In this document: positions 9,478 to 20,474 of the stretch, one piece after another
Position numbering within the stretch: position 1 is the stretch's first letter
Layout of the letters: each line of letters opens with the position of its first letter
NCBI GenBank assembly: GCA_963768675.1
Contig: CAVYIV010000015.1
Span: 23,586-87,585 of the forward strand
Direction of reading: 5' to 3'
Length of the DNA stretch: 64,000 bases
Source of the DNA: an uncultured Chloroflexia bacterium
Lineage (GTDB): Bacteria; Chloroflexota; Limnocylindria; Limnocylindrales; CSP1-4
The notes under the pieces: model-generated
Told to the model about the DNA's origin: nothing
Database searches by the model: none
Seen by the model: only the letters and a program-made list of their open reading frames with translations
Position numbers and translations under genes: made by a program

Positions 9478-9899
9478 TCCGCGAGCTTGTCCTGGCTGAG
9501 CGTGGCATCGGCGGCATCGCAGACCGAGAGGAGGTCGTCGCCGATGCTGGCCTGGATCGCCGCGACGATCGCGCCCTCCACCACGGGCCCGCGGCTCAGG
9601 CGGACCCGGGCGGCCTGCGCCGGGTCGAGGAGCTCCAGCGCGGTCGAAGCCGAGAGGACGGCGCTCCCGAGATCGACCATCACAACGACGCCCGCTCCCG
9701 CATCCGCCTTCTCGATGGCGGCCATGATGCGGGTTGCGTCCGTGCCGATGCTGCCGTCCTCGAGCCCGCCGGCGGCAACGATGCGCACGTCATCGCCGGC
9801 CATCTGCGAGGCGAGCTCGAGCGTGCCGTCGGCGACCTTCGCCGAGTGTGACACGATGACGAGCCCGACGAGTGCCTCGGCTCCGTCGACGCCCGCCAC
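9474..9899 (-). CDS. dhaM: dihydroxyacetone kinase phosphotransfer subunit DhaM (single-domain EIIA-mannose type)
   Basis: LVGLVIVSHSAKVADG (phospho-His region)...VVVMVDLGSAVLS. Start placed at GTG 9897-9899, 5 nt after the glpC stop. The ORF-track start at 10433 lies inside glpC. The start is approximate. Confidence 0.8.
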   Translation of the reverse strand: MAGVDGAEALVGLVIVSHSAKVADGTLELASQMAGDDVRIVAAGGLEDGSIGTDATRIMAAIEKADAGAGVVVMVDLGSAVLSASTALELLDPAQAARVRLSRGPVVEGAIVAAIQASIGDDLLSVCDAADATLSQDKLAE

Positions 9900-9904
9900 G
9901 ACGC

Positions 9905-11245
9905 TCAGGTCTCCGCCGGCGCGACCGGCGCGCGGTTCTTCTTGGCGGCGGCATCCCCGGCCCGGTAGGCGTCGAGGAGGATCTCGATCGGGTGCCGCGT
10001 GCGCGTTCCCGTCGCCTTCTCGATCTGCCAGCGACACGTCTCCGAGTCGCAGGCGGCCTCGGCGGCGCCGCTCGCCCTGATCTTCTCGAAGAGCGGGGCG
10101 CCGACGGCCATGCCGATCGGGTACTTCTCCTTCTTCATGCCATACGTGCCGGCGATGCCGCAGCAGTCGTGGTCCATGTCGGCCGCCCGGAGCCCCGGCA
10201 CGAGCGCGAACAGGTCCAGCGCGGGAAGCCCGATGCCGTGGGAACGGAGCTGGCAGGGGGCGTGGTAGGGCAGGTCCTCGTCGAGCGTCCCGAAGCCCGT
10301 GTCGAGCTTGCCGTGCTCGTGGAGGTCGAGGAGGAACTCGCAGATGTCCCAGGTCGCGTTTGCGACCACGGTCGCGTCGTCGTCCCGGATGTCGAGCATC
10401 TCGCGATACTCGGCCTTGATCGTGTGGGTGCACGACGTCGAGGTCCCCACGATCCTGTAGCCCGCCCGGGCATAGCCGGCAAGCACGGAGAGGTTCTTGT
10501 GCGCCTTCTGGCGCGCCTCCGTGTAGATCCCGTTGCTAATGAGCGGCAACCCGCAGCAGACCTGCTCGGGGATGATGGTCTCGAAGCCGTTGCGCTTGAG
10601 GATCTCGACGGCAGCGTCGGCGAGGTGCTGCTCGTAGTAGTTGGCCGAACAGCCGTGGAAGTAGACGACGGCGCGGTCCGGGCCCGGCACGGCGGCCGAC
10701 CCGCGGCGCCGCTGGCGGCGCTTCCAGGTCGACTGGAGCGTGCGGCGGCCGAACTTGGGGAACGGGGCCTGGCGATGGATCCCGACGGTGACCTCCATGA
10801 TGGCCCGGATCGGCCGGTTGGCCAATGCCCAGTTCGAGATGGGCGAGAACAGCACGCCGACCTGGCCCACGAGGTCCGTCTGGCCGAGGCCCCAGTCGCG
10901 CAACTTGGGCCGCTTGCCGGCCTTCATGCGCGCCCGGGACTGGCTGTTCATCTCCGCGATCTTCACCCCGGCCGGGCAGGCCGTCGTGCACCAGCCGCAG
11001 CCGGAGCACCAGTCGACGGTGGCATCCGGGGACGCCAGGACCGCGATGCCCGGAACCTGGACGGGCTGCGCCCGGCCGGACCGGAATCGCTGGGCCTGCG
11101 GACCGACGTACTTCGGGCCCGGGAACAGGTCGGTGACCCTGGCGACCGGGCACACGGTCTGACACACGTTGCACTTGAGGCACTCGTCGGACGAGTACCC
11201 GACGGCCTCTTCCGACGCCTCCCTGATGAACTCGGCGATCGTCAC
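9905..11245 (-). CDS. glpC: anaerobic glycerol-3-phosphate dehydrogenase subunit C (Fe-S/CCG-domain)
   Basis: Two ferredoxin-type motifs, CLKCNVCQTVCP and CSGCGWCTTACP, plus cysteine-rich CCG repeats (CCGLP, CCGIAG). The GTG start overlaps the glpB stop (GTGA at 11242-11245). Confidence 0.88.
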   Translation of the reverse strand: MTIAEFIREASEEAVGYSSDECLKCNVCQTVCPVARVTDLFPGPKYVGPQAQRFRSGRAQPVQVPGIAVLASPDATVDWCSGCGWCTTACPAGVKIAEMNSQSRARMKAGKRPKLRDWGLGQTDLVGQVGVLFSPISNWALANRPIRAIMEVTVGIHRQAPFPKFGRRTLQSTWKRRQRRRGSAAVPGPDRAVVYFHGCSANYYEQHLADAAVEILKRNGFETIIPEQVCCGLPLISNGIYTEARQKAHKNLSVLAGYARAGYRIVGTSTSCTHTIKAEYREMLDIRDDDATVVANATWDICEFLLDLHEHGKLDTGFGTLDEDLPYHAPCQLRSHGIGLPALDLFALVPGLRAADMDHDCCGIAGTYGMKKEKYPIGMAVGAPLFEKIRASGAAEAACDSETCRWQIEKATGTRTRHPIEILLDAYRAGDAAAKKNRAPVAPAET

Positions 11246-12564
11246 GGTCGCTCGCTCCCCGGCCCAGCGGCACTCCCAGCCGGGACCGCGGACAGCGATC
11301 GCGCCGCCCGCCACCCGCTGGTGAGTGCGACGCCATCGCCGCATCGCTCCCGGATATACCGGTGGCCGGCGAGAAGGCTTCCGGCCACGCGGACGTTGTC
11401 AAACACGGACGCCCCGTCGGCGCCGACCGGCCGAAGCTCGGCATCGGTCCGGATCCCGGCCTTCTCGAGCGGATGCCCCGCCGGGTCGAAGGGGTCTTCG
11501 GAAAGCCACTCGTCGGCCGGCGGCGCCTCGACCGGGAGCCCCAGCAGCGGCTCCAGCAGCCGGCCGTCGCGCTCTGCGACGAGGCCACCGCCGGCGATCC
11601 CGCCGGTGGCAATGACGAGCGAGCCGGCCCGGACGGTGAACGACCGGGCAGCGGCGGCGGAAACCACGGCCGTCACGCGACGTCCGTCGTGCTCCACCCG
11701 CTCGACCATCTCGCCGACCTGGATGCGTCCGCCCGCCCGGATGAGCGCCGCGCGGAGCGCCGCGTAGAGGCGCAGGCCGGGGACGCTCGGCGGGACGAGC
11801 GGCATCTCGAATGGAGCTGCCGCGAGCCGTTGCCGGAAGGCCGTAAGGACCGCCGCGTGGTCGCGGATCCCGAGGACGGCAGGCAGCCCGACGCGGCCAC
11901 CCGAGCCGGGCGCCGCGGCGATCGCGCGGGCGATCGCATCGATCGCGCCCGATCGCCAGGCGGGGTCGTCGAAGCGGCGGGCGATCTCGAGCGCGTTCAG
12001 GTTGTGGCGGGCGGCAAGCCCGGGCAGGACGACGCTCACGGGGACCACCGTGGCCGGGCGGTTGCCGCCCTCCCACACGCGCCCCCTCGACAGGCTGGCC
12101 GCGATCGCCGCGGGCCAGAAGTCCTTGAACCCCGCGATCCCGCAGATCACAAGGCGCTCTCCGGGCGCCCATGGCGAGACCGCAGCGGCCTGGGCGGCCG
12201 GGAGGATCGCCGCCCGGCGGGTCCCGCCGATGGAGGTCGGGACGAGCTGCAGCGGCGTGTCGAGGTCGCCCGCGTACTCGACTCCCCCGGCCGCGAGGTG
12301 CGGGAGAGCCCAGTTCAGGGCCGCGGCCACGTCGCCGCCGAGGAACGCGTAGGGGTGGCCGGGCAGCGCGGCCAGGCGGCCGATGCCGTCCCGCGGTGTC
12401 GACGCCGCGGGGATGCCGGCCACGTCGATCCCGCCGGGTCCCCAGTGGGTGGCAGCGTGGCCCTTGGCAAGGACGTGGACGCGGGCGCCCGACTCGGCCG
12501 CCGAGATGGCGGCCGTCAGGCCGGCGAGGCCCGCCCCGATGACGACGACGTCAGCGCTGGGCAC
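11242..12564 (-). CDS. glpB: anaerobic glycerol-3-phosphate dehydrogenase subunit B
   Basis: FAD Rossmann VVVIGAGLAGLTAAISAAESG. Start set at GTG 12562-12564, preceded by GGGGAGGTGG. The ORF-track start at 12585 is also possible. Confidence 0.85.
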   Translation of the reverse strand: MPSADVVVIGAGLAGLTAAISAAESGARVHVLAKGHAATHWGPGGIDVAGIPAASTPRDGIGRLAALPGHPYAFLGGDVAAALNWALPHLAAGGVEYAGDLDTPLQLVPTSIGGTRRAAILPAAQAAAVSPWAPGERLVICGIAGFKDFWPAAIAASLSRGRVWEGGNRPATVVPVSVVLPGLAARHNLNALEIARRFDDPAWRSGAIDAIARAIAAAPGSGGRVGLPAVLGIRDHAAVLTAFRQRLAAAPFEMPLVPPSVPGLRLYAALRAALIRAGGRIQVGEMVERVEHDGRRVTAVVSAAAARSFTVRAGSLVIATGGIAGGGLVAERDGRLLEPLLGLPVEAPPADEWLSEDPFDPAGHPLEKAGIRTDAELRPVGADGASVFDNVRVAGSLLAGHRYIRERCGDGVALTSGWRAARSLSAVPAGSAAGPGSERP

Positions 12565-14182
12565 CGGCCACCTCCCCGGACGCAACGGGCGTCCCGTGCT
12601 CGATCAGCGACTCGACGCCCAGCCCCCCTCCGTAGACGCCGGAGATCATCCATTGCTCCTGCAGCTGGCGCCCCGCAGCGATGGGCCGCGTCCCCTTGAA
12701 GCGCTCCCGGAGAAACCCGAGGATCGCCCGGTCCGCGAGCTCGGCGACTCCCTCCGCGCCTGACTGGCCCGCCCGCTCGCCGACGACGCCGGCCGCGCGG
12801 AACGTGCAGAAGCCTCCCTGGCAGGGTCCCATCCCGAGGCGCGTGCCCCGCCGGACATCGTCGAGCGAGCAGCCCGGGTGCCGGTCGAGGAACGCGTCGA
12901 GCATCGGCCGCGTGACGAACTCACATTCGCACAGCAACCCGGCGTCGCCGCCGCCTTCCGCCTCGTGCTCGGCCAGCCGGTGGCCCAGCCAGTAGGTCTT
13001 GCCGGGGACCTGGTTCGGCAGGATCTCGGTCGCCGTGGTGCAGGGTTCCGTGACCCCGAGCTTCTCGCAAACGAGGTCGACCGTGTCCTCGGCCATCCTG
13101 CGGAACGTCGTGAGCTTCCCGCCGACGATCGTGACGAAGTTCTCGACGCCGTCGCGCGAGGCGTGGTCGAGCACCGTGTGCGCCCGGGAGATTTGGCGGC
13201 CGTCCTTGAGCGCGTCCGCGGTCACCTCGGCGGGCGGCTGGTAGAGCGGGCGTACGCCGGCGTAGGCGCGCAGGAGCCGCATCCGGCCGAGGTCGGGGAA
13301 TAGCTTCTCGCCCTCGGCGATCAGGGCGGCCACCTCGGCGCGCGGGATCTCGTACCGGTCTGGGTCCTCTACCCGCACCTCCGTCGTGCCGAGGATCGCG
13401 ACCGTGTGGACGGGAACCATGATGTCGCCGTCGGACGACTTGTGACAGCGGTTGACCACCGTGTCCGTCATGCGCTGGTTGTAGATGAGCATGGTGCCCT
13501 TGCCGGGGTGCATCGTGACCGACACGTTCACCATGGCGGCGATCTGGCCCGCCCATGCCCCGGAGCACGAGATGACGAAGCGGGGGGTGATCCGCGTCAG
13601 GCTCCCCGAACGTTCGTCGTGGAGGGTCGCTCCCACGATCCGGTCACCGTCACGCTCCATGCCCACGAGGCGCTGGTACGACCAGGCGTCGCTGCCGAGC
13701 GCGCGCGCATCCGCGATGTTCGATTCGATGAGCTGCCAGGGCTCCACGGACCCGTCGGGCAGCTTGAAGGCGCGCCGGATGCCCGGGTTCAGGGCCGGCT
13801 CGCGCCGCAGCGCCTCGGCGACCGGGATCTCCTCGCAGTCGACGTCCGCGGCAGCGCAGGCCGCAGGGAATGCCTCGACGTAGTCGTCCGGGTCTGCCGG
13901 CGTGGCGACGAAGAAGCCGCCCGTGTCCTCGATGCTGGCCGGCGCGATGCGGCGGAGGATGCGGTTCTCCGAGATGCACTCCTGCGCCGCGAGCCGGTCC
14001 TTGGCCACGTACCGTCCGCCCGAGTGCAGGAGGCCGTGATAGCGCCCCGTGGTCCCGGTGCCCCAGTCGCCGCGCTCGACGAGCAGCGTGCGCAGGCCGC
14101 GCCGCGCCAGGTCCCTGAGCACGCCGGCCCCGGTCGCACCCCCGCCGACGACGAGGACGTCGTAGGCGTGCGACTCACCCAT
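12551..14182 (-). CDS. glpA: anaerobic glycerol-3-phosphate dehydrogenase subunit A
   Basis: YDVLVVGGGATGAGVLRDLARRG FAD motif and a C-terminal BFD-like 2Fe-2S region (CECEFV...GMGPCQGGFC). Start at ATG 14180-14182 (MGESHAYDV) with GAGGTGA upstream. The ORF-track N-terminus is Arg-rich read-through. Confidence 0.92.
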   Translation of the reverse strand: MGESHAYDVLVVGGGATGAGVLRDLARRGLRTLLVERGDWGTGTTGRYHGLLHSGGRYVAKDRLAAQECISENRILRRIAPASIEDTGGFFVATPADPDDYVEAFPAACAAADVDCEEIPVAEALRREPALNPGIRRAFKLPDGSVEPWQLIESNIADARALGSDAWSYQRLVGMERDGDRIVGATLHDERSGSLTRITPRFVISCSGAWAGQIAAMVNVSVTMHPGKGTMLIYNQRMTDTVVNRCHKSSDGDIMVPVHTVAILGTTEVRVEDPDRYEIPRAEVAALIAEGEKLFPDLGRMRLLRAYAGVRPLYQPPAEVTADALKDGRQISRAHTVLDHASRDGVENFVTIVGGKLTTFRRMAEDTVDLVCEKLGVTEPCTTATEILPNQVPGKTYWLGHRLAEHEAEGGGDAGLLCECEFVTRPMLDAFLDRHPGCSLDDVRRGTRLGMGPCQGGFCTFRAAGVVGERAGQSGAEGVAELADRAILGFLRERFKGTRPIAAGRQLQEQWMISGVYGGGLGVESLIEHGTPVASGEVAGAQR

Positions 14183-14306
14183 GCTGCTCACCTCGATCTG
14201 CCTTGCTCCCATGCGTGTGCGATGTTGCGTGCGGGCCGCGCCCGCCTGACGTGTTCCGGGGCCCCCCGGCGCTGCCGAGGGGCCCCGGTGTGCGATGCGA
14301 GCGGGA

Positions 14307-15803
<1,497 letters not shown>

Positions 15804-15841
15804 GTGTCTCTCCATGCGGATCTAGGTGGCGCCCGCCGGAT

Positions 15842-16483
15842 CTAGCCGGCGCGCAAAGCGTCGCGAAGGGATTCGAACAGGATCGTGGTGCTCGTCGCAC
15901 CCGGATCCTGGTGGTTCGCGGAGCGTTCCCCGAGATAGCTCGCCCTGCCCTTGCGGGCCACGAGCGGGGTCACCCGGTCGCGCCCCTGCGCCGCCGCTAC
16001 CGCGGCAGCGTCGAGAGCGGCCGGGAGATCGTCGATGCCCGTTTCGAGGGCCACGACGGCGGGTGTCATGGCATCGACCATCGTCTTGTCGTCGAGGCCG
16101 GCCTTGCCGCGGGCGATGACGCCCTCAAGCCCGGCCCGGAACCCTGCGGCAAGCTGGGTGGGGCCGATCTCCGTGGCCGTCCCGAACGATGTGCCGAGGC
16201 GAAGAAAGAAGGTCCCGTAGAGGGGCCCGCTGGCCCCTCCGACCGTGGAGATGAGCTTCATCCCGGTCTGCTTGAAGAGCGTTCCGGCATCGCCGTCACG
16301 GAGCCCGGGGAGGAGCTCCATGACGGCCGTCATCCCGCGGTCCATGTTGATCCCGTGATCCGCGTCGCCGATGGCGGAGTCGAGCTGCGTCAGCTCCTCC
16401 CTGGCGGCGCGGATCCGGTCGGCGAACGTCTCGAGAAACCGCGAGAAGTCGCCCGTCGAGATCACGGCGATCAGACTCCCCAA
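15842..16483 (-). CDS. dhaL: dihydroxyacetone kinase ADP-binding subunit DhaL
   Basis: DAK2 motifs [41 protein letters not shown]. The start is either TTG 16481-16483 or GTG 16463-16465, 5 nt after the dhaK stop. Confidence 0.9.
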   Translation of the reverse strand: MGSLIAVISTGDFSRFLETFADRIRAAREELTQLDSAIGDADHGINMDRGMTAVMELLPGLRDGDAGTLFKQTGMKLISTVGGASGPLYGTFFLRLGTSFGTATEIGPTQLAAGFRAGLEGVIARGKAGLDDKTMVDAMTPAVVALETGIDDLPAALDAAAVAAAQGRDRVTPLVARKGRASYLGERSANHQDPGATSTTILFESLRDALRAG

Positions 16484-17469
16484 CGCAGTCCCGGGGTCTT
16501 GACCGGCGCGTCCCAGTAGCGGAGCAGCTCGTCATCGAGCTTGAGCAGCGTGACCGACAGGCCCGCCATCTCGAGCGAGGTGATGTAGCTCCCGACCAGG
16601 TTGCGCGCAATCGTGATCCCGCGACCCGTGAGGATCTTGTTGACCTTGCGATAGGCCACGTACAGCTCGATGAGCGGCGTGCCGCCCATCCCGTTGACGA
16701 AGGCGAGGACGCGGTCGCCGCTCCCGAAGATCCCCTCCTCGAGGATCGGCGTGACGAGCATCTCGACGATCTCGTCGGCCGGCTTGAGGGCCTCCCGACG
16801 ACGGCCCGGCTCGCCGTGGATGCCGATCCCGATCTCCATCTCCGAGTCGGAGATGTCGAAGGTCGGCTTGCCGGCGGCGGGGACGGTGCAGGAGGTCAGG
16901 GCCATGCCCATCGAACGGACGTTGTCCTGGACCTTCTGGCAGAGCGCGGTGACCGTCTTGAGGTCGGCACCGGCCTCGGCGGCCGCTCCGACGATCTTCT
17001 CGGCGAGGACCGTGCCGCCGACGCCGCGGCGACCCGCGGTGTAGAGCGAGTCCTTCACGGCGACGTCGTCGGCGATCACGACCGAGGCGACCTCGATCCC
17101 TTCCGCCTGCGCCATCTCGGCCGCAATCTCGAAGTTCATGATGTCGCCGGTGTAGTTCTTCACGATGTGAAGGACGCCGGCTCCACCGTTGACCGCCTTC
17201 GTGGCGGCGAGCATCTGCTCGGGGACGGGCGACGTGAAGACGGCGCCGGGGCAGGCAGCATCGAGCATGCCAAGCCCGACGAAGCCGCCGTGCATCGGCT
17301 CGTGACCGGAGCCACCACCGGAGATGATGCCCACCTTGCCGGGGCGGGGGGCGTCCTTGCGGACGATGATGTTCGGCTCCTCGACCCGGATCAGGTCGGG
17401 GTGCGCCGCAGCCATGCCGGCGAGGGCCTCGTCGACCTCGCGCTCGGGGGTATTGATGAGCTTCTTCAT
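16471..17469 (-). CDS. dhaK: dihydroxyacetone kinase subunit DhaK
   Basis: MKKLINTPE...[22 protein letters not shown], full-length DhaK resemblance. ATG 17467-17469 is preceded by GGAGGAG. Confidence 0.93.
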   Translation of the reverse strand: MKKLINTPEREVDEALAGMAAAHPDLIRVEEPNIIVRKDAPRPGKVGIISGGGSGHEPMHGGFVGLGMLDAACPGAVFTSPVPEQMLAATKAVNGGAGVLHIVKNYTGDIMNFEIAAEMAQAEGIEVASVVIADDVAVKDSLYTAGRRGVGGTVLAEKIVGAAAEAGADLKTVTALCQKVQDNVRSMGMALTSCTVPAAGKPTFDISDSEMEIGIGIHGEPGRRREALKPADEIVEMLVTPILEEGIFGSGDRVLAFVNGMGGTPLIELYVAYRKVNKILTGRGITIARNLVGSYITSLEMAGLSVTLLKLDDELLRYWDAPVKTPGLRWGV

Positions 17470-17595
17470 GCGCTCCTCCAATGGCGAGTCAACGACCGAT
17501 GCTCAGGGAATGTCGGGTAGAGACTTCGGAGCGCCGGCGGGCGGGGCCGCAACCGCCGGCGCTCGGGATCGCGAAGATCCCGGCTGGGGATCGGG

Positions 17596-18330
17596 TCAGT
17601 TCGTGAACGCCTTCAGGATGTAGTTCCGGTACACCGTGACCCAGAACGCAGCGGCGATCGCGCCGCCGATGAGCGGGCCGGCCACCGGGATCCACGCGTA
17701 CTCCCAGTCGCTGCTGCCCTTGCCGGGGATCGGCAGGACGGCATGCATGATCCGCGGCCCGAGGTCGCGGGCGGGATTGATCGCGTATCCGGTCGTGCCG
17801 CCGAGCGACATGCCGATGACGAGGACGAGAAGCGCGACGGCCAACGGGCCGAGGCTCGCGGTGTTCTTGCCGAAGCACAGGATCACGAAGACCAGGACGA
17901 ACGTGCCGATGATCTCCGAGACGAGGTTCCAGAGCGGGTTGCGAATGGCCGGGCCGGTCGAGAAGACGGCGAGCTTCAGGCCCGGGTCCTCGGTCTCAGC
18001 CCAGTGCGGGTAGTAGTGCAGGAAGACGAGCGTCGCGCCGATCATGGCGCCGATCATCTGGGCGAGCCAGTACGCCGGGACCTCGTCCCACGTGATCGCG
18101 CCCTTGATGGCGAGACCGAGGGTAACCGCCGGGTTCAGGTGCGCGCCGCTGTACGGGCCCGACACCACCACGCCGGAGAAGACCGCGAACGCCCATGCGA
18201 AGGTGATGACGACCCAGCCCGCGGCATTGGCCTTGGACTTGTTGAGCAGGACGCCCGCGACGACGCCGTCGCCCAGGAGGATCAGGATCATGGTCCCGAT
18301 CAGGTCGGCTACGAATTTCTCTGCAGTCAT
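17596..18330 (-). CDS. glpF: glycerol uptake facilitator (MIP/aquaglyceroporin)
   Basis: Two NPA boxes (HLNPAVTLG, INPARDLGPR) and six hydrophobic segments. Start at ATG 18328-18330 (MTAEKFVADLIG) with GAGGGAG upstream. Confidence 0.92.
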   Translation of the reverse strand: MTAEKFVADLIGTMILILLGDGVVAGVLLNKSKANAAGWVVITFAWAFAVFSGVVVSGPYSGAHLNPAVTLGLAIKGAITWDEVPAYWLAQMIGAMIGATLVFLHYYPHWAETEDPGLKLAVFSTGPAIRNPLWNLVSEIIGTFVLVFVILCFGKNTASLGPLAVALLVLVIGMSLGGTTGYAINPARDLGPRIMHAVLPIPGKGSSDWEYAWIPVAGPLIGGAIAAAFWVTVYRNYILKAFTN

Positions 18331-18449
18331 GCTCACTCCCTCAATTGGGTTGGACACCAACGCCGGCTGCGAGCCCGCTCGCTCGATCCCTCCGCTGACG
18401 CGATGGCGACCCCGGCCCGGGTCACGTTGCGGCCGATCACGCCGACGCC

Positions 18450-18537
18450 ACAGTGCCCTCGAGCACTGTTGCCAAGACGGTACGCCAGCGGCGGGGTGCG
18501 AAACGTCAAGGAAACGTCTAGGTTGCAGACGCGTTTC
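18450..18537 (-). promoter_or_regulatory. candidate operator region upstream of glpF: palindrome ACAGTGC-N6-GCACTGT plus three GAAACG half-sites
   Basis: ACAGTGCCCTCGAGCACTGT at 18450-18469. GAAACGTC at 18500-18507 and 18511-18518 are direct repeats; GACGCGTTTC at 18528-18537 is inverted. All lie in the 230-nt gap between the DhaL paralog and glpF. I found no convincing -35/-10 pair. Confidence 0.3.
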
Positions 18538-18560
18538 AGCTCGGACCGGCCGGTCGCTGC

Positions 18561-19220
18561 TCAGGCGACCCCAGCGACCGCGTCCGCGAGCGCGCGGACG
18601 AGTAGGGCGCTCGAGACGGCACCGGGATCCAGGTGGTCCATCGAGCGCCGACCCAGGTAGCTGGCCCGCCCCTTCGTCGCCACGAGCGGCACCGTGCGGA
18701 GCGCGCCGGCCTCTGCTGCATCCGCGGCGCAGCGCGTTGCGGCCGGCAGGTCGACCCCACCGAGGCCAGCCGCCTCGAAGGCGACGGCAGCCGGCACGAG
18801 AGCGTCGAGCATCGTCTTCTCGCCGGGCCGTGAGTGGCCGAGCGTCGCGATACCGTCGACGGCCGCCCAGAAGACGCCGGCGAGCTGCGCGGACGTGATC
18901 GCGGACGCTGCCGGCCGCGCTTCCAGCCGCGCGTCCAGCGTCGCGCCAGCCCGCATGAGCGCGCGGCCGTAGAGCGCGCCGCTGGCGCCTCCGACCGTCC
19001 CGGTGATCGTTCGGCCCGCCATGACCAGCAATGCCCCGGGCGGCGTCGTCTCGACGTCGCTTGCGGCCAGGCGCCCCGTAAGCAGACGGAAGCCGCGATC
19101 GAGGTTGATGCCGTGGTCGCCGTCCCCGATCGCAGCGTCGAGCTCCGTCAGCCGAGCGCGCTCGGCGGCGATGCGGGCGGCGGCGAGGCGGAGCCAGCCG
19201 GCGACGAGCGCGCCGCTCAC
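18561..19220 (-). CDS. DhaL-like DAK2-domain protein (paralog 2)
   Basis: LDAAIGDGDHGINLDRG, GGASGALYG, GEKTMLDA, MDHLDPGA. Start set at GTG 19218-19220, 19 nt after the upstream stop. The ORF-track start at 19334 lies inside the upstream gene. Confidence 0.8.
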   Translation of the reverse strand: MSGALVAGWLRLAAARIAAERARLTELDAAIGDGDHGINLDRGFRLLTGRLAASDVETTPPGALLVMAGRTITGTVGGASGALYGRALMRAGATLDARLEARPAASAITSAQLAGVFWAAVDGIATLGHSRPGEKTMLDALVPAAVAFEAAGLGGVDLPAATRCAADAAEAGALRTVPLVATKGRASYLGRRSMDHLDPGAVSSALLVRALADAVAGVA

Positions 19221-19239
19221 GACCGCGGGCCCCGTCCGG

Positions 19240-19671
19240 TCAACGCGGGGCCGTCCCGTTGGCCGGCCAGTCGACAGGCAGCTTGTCGGTCCCGGGCGAC
19301 GTCTCCGAGGCGGCCAGCACCCCGGCCAGCCCACCGCCCCCGGCAGCCTCCACGGCGGCTCGCACCGCCCCCTCGACGAGCGCGCCGCGACTGACGCGGA
19401 CCCGGGACCGGTCGGCGGGCGCCAGATCGTCGAGTGCCATCTCGAGCGCCAGCGCCGCGCTGCCGAGGTCGAGCATCACGACGGCTCCGTCCGCCGCCTC
19501 GCCGAGGACGGACCGCAGCGCGGCGAGGATCATCGGCGCGCTCGTGCCGAGGGCGCCGAGATCGGTGCCGCCCGCCACGCCGACGGGGACACCCGGCGCC
19601 GCCTGGGCGAGCATCGCGCGGAGCCCACGGAGCAGCAGCGGGCTGTGGCCGACCAGCACGAGCGCGACCAT
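19240..19671 (-). CDS. DhaM-like PTS EIIA-mannose-type phosphotransfer protein (paralog 2)
   Basis: MVALVLVGHSPLLLRG (His in the DhaM position)...VVMLDLGSAALALE. GGAGGTG lies upstream of ATG 19669-19671. Confidence 0.75.
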   Translation of the reverse strand: MVALVLVGHSPLLLRGLRAMLAQAAPGVPVGVAGGTDLGALGTSAPMILAALRSVLGEAADGAVVMLDLGSAALALEMALDDLAPADRSRVRVSRGALVEGAVRAAVEAAGGGGLAGVLAASETSPGTDKLPVDWPANGTAPR

Positions 19672-19748
19672 CGAGCACCTCCGCGCATGGGGCGTCCACG
19701 CCCCCCTCCACCGCGGTGGCCCACGACGGAGGGTAGACTCTGCCGTGG

Positions 19749-20474
19749 ATGAGTCTAGGACGGCCCGCCAGACGGACGGTGGGTGATGGCGCCACCGCGG
19801 TGATCTTCACCGCCGAGGACGTCGTCGCCTTCATCGGGCGCGCGGCGGCGGCGATCGCGCGCCACGAGGCGCTCCTCGACCGGCTCGACGCGGCGCTGGG
19901 CGACGGCGACCACGGCACCAACATGTCGACCGGCCTGCAGGCCGTCGTCCGGGCGCTCGCCGACGAGGCACCGGCCGACGCGGTCGGGCCGCTCGACATG
20001 GGAGCGCTGCTCCGGCGCATCGGGCACACCCTGGTGGGCAGCGTCGGGGGCGCAAGCGGCCCGCTCTACGGAACACTGTTCATCGAGGCGGGCTTTGCGC
20101 TCGACGGGCGAAGCGGGGTGGACCTGGTCACGCTCGCCAGCGCTCTCGACGCGGGCCGGGCCGGTCTCGCCCGGCGCGGCCGCTGCGCCGTCGGCGACAA
20201 GACGATCCTCGACGCCCTCGAGCCCGCCGTCCACGCGCTCCTGGCCGGGGCTGCGGCAGGGCTTCCCCCGGACGAGGCCTTCGTGCGGGCCGCCAGCGCC
20301 GCCCGCGACGGCGTCCGGGCCACGATCCCGATGATCGCGCGGCGCGGCCTCGCCCTCCGCCTGGGAGAGCGTTCGCGCGGCCATCGCGACCCCGGCGCCA
20401 CGTCGTGCTTTCTCCTCATCCGCTCGATGCTCGACGGACGGCCCGGGTGGCGCACGTCGCGGCGGCGCCGGTGA
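19749..20474 (+). CDS. DhaL-like DAK2-domain protein (paralog 3), translationally coupled to a histidine kinase
   Basis: [41 protein letters not shown]. The stop TGA 20472-20474 overlaps the kinase GTG 20471-20473. Confidence 0.8.
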   Translation: MSLGRPARRTVGDGATAVIFTAEDVVAFIGRAAAAIARHEALLDRLDAALGDGDHGTNMSTGLQAVVRALADEAPADAVGPLDMGALLRRIGHTLVGSVGGASGPLYGTLFIEAGFALDGRSGVDLVTLASALDAGRAGLARRGRCAVGDKTILDALEPAVHALLAGAAAGLPPDEAFVRAASAARDGVRATIPMIARRGLALRLGERSRGHRDPGATSCFLLIRSMLDGRPGWRTSRRRR

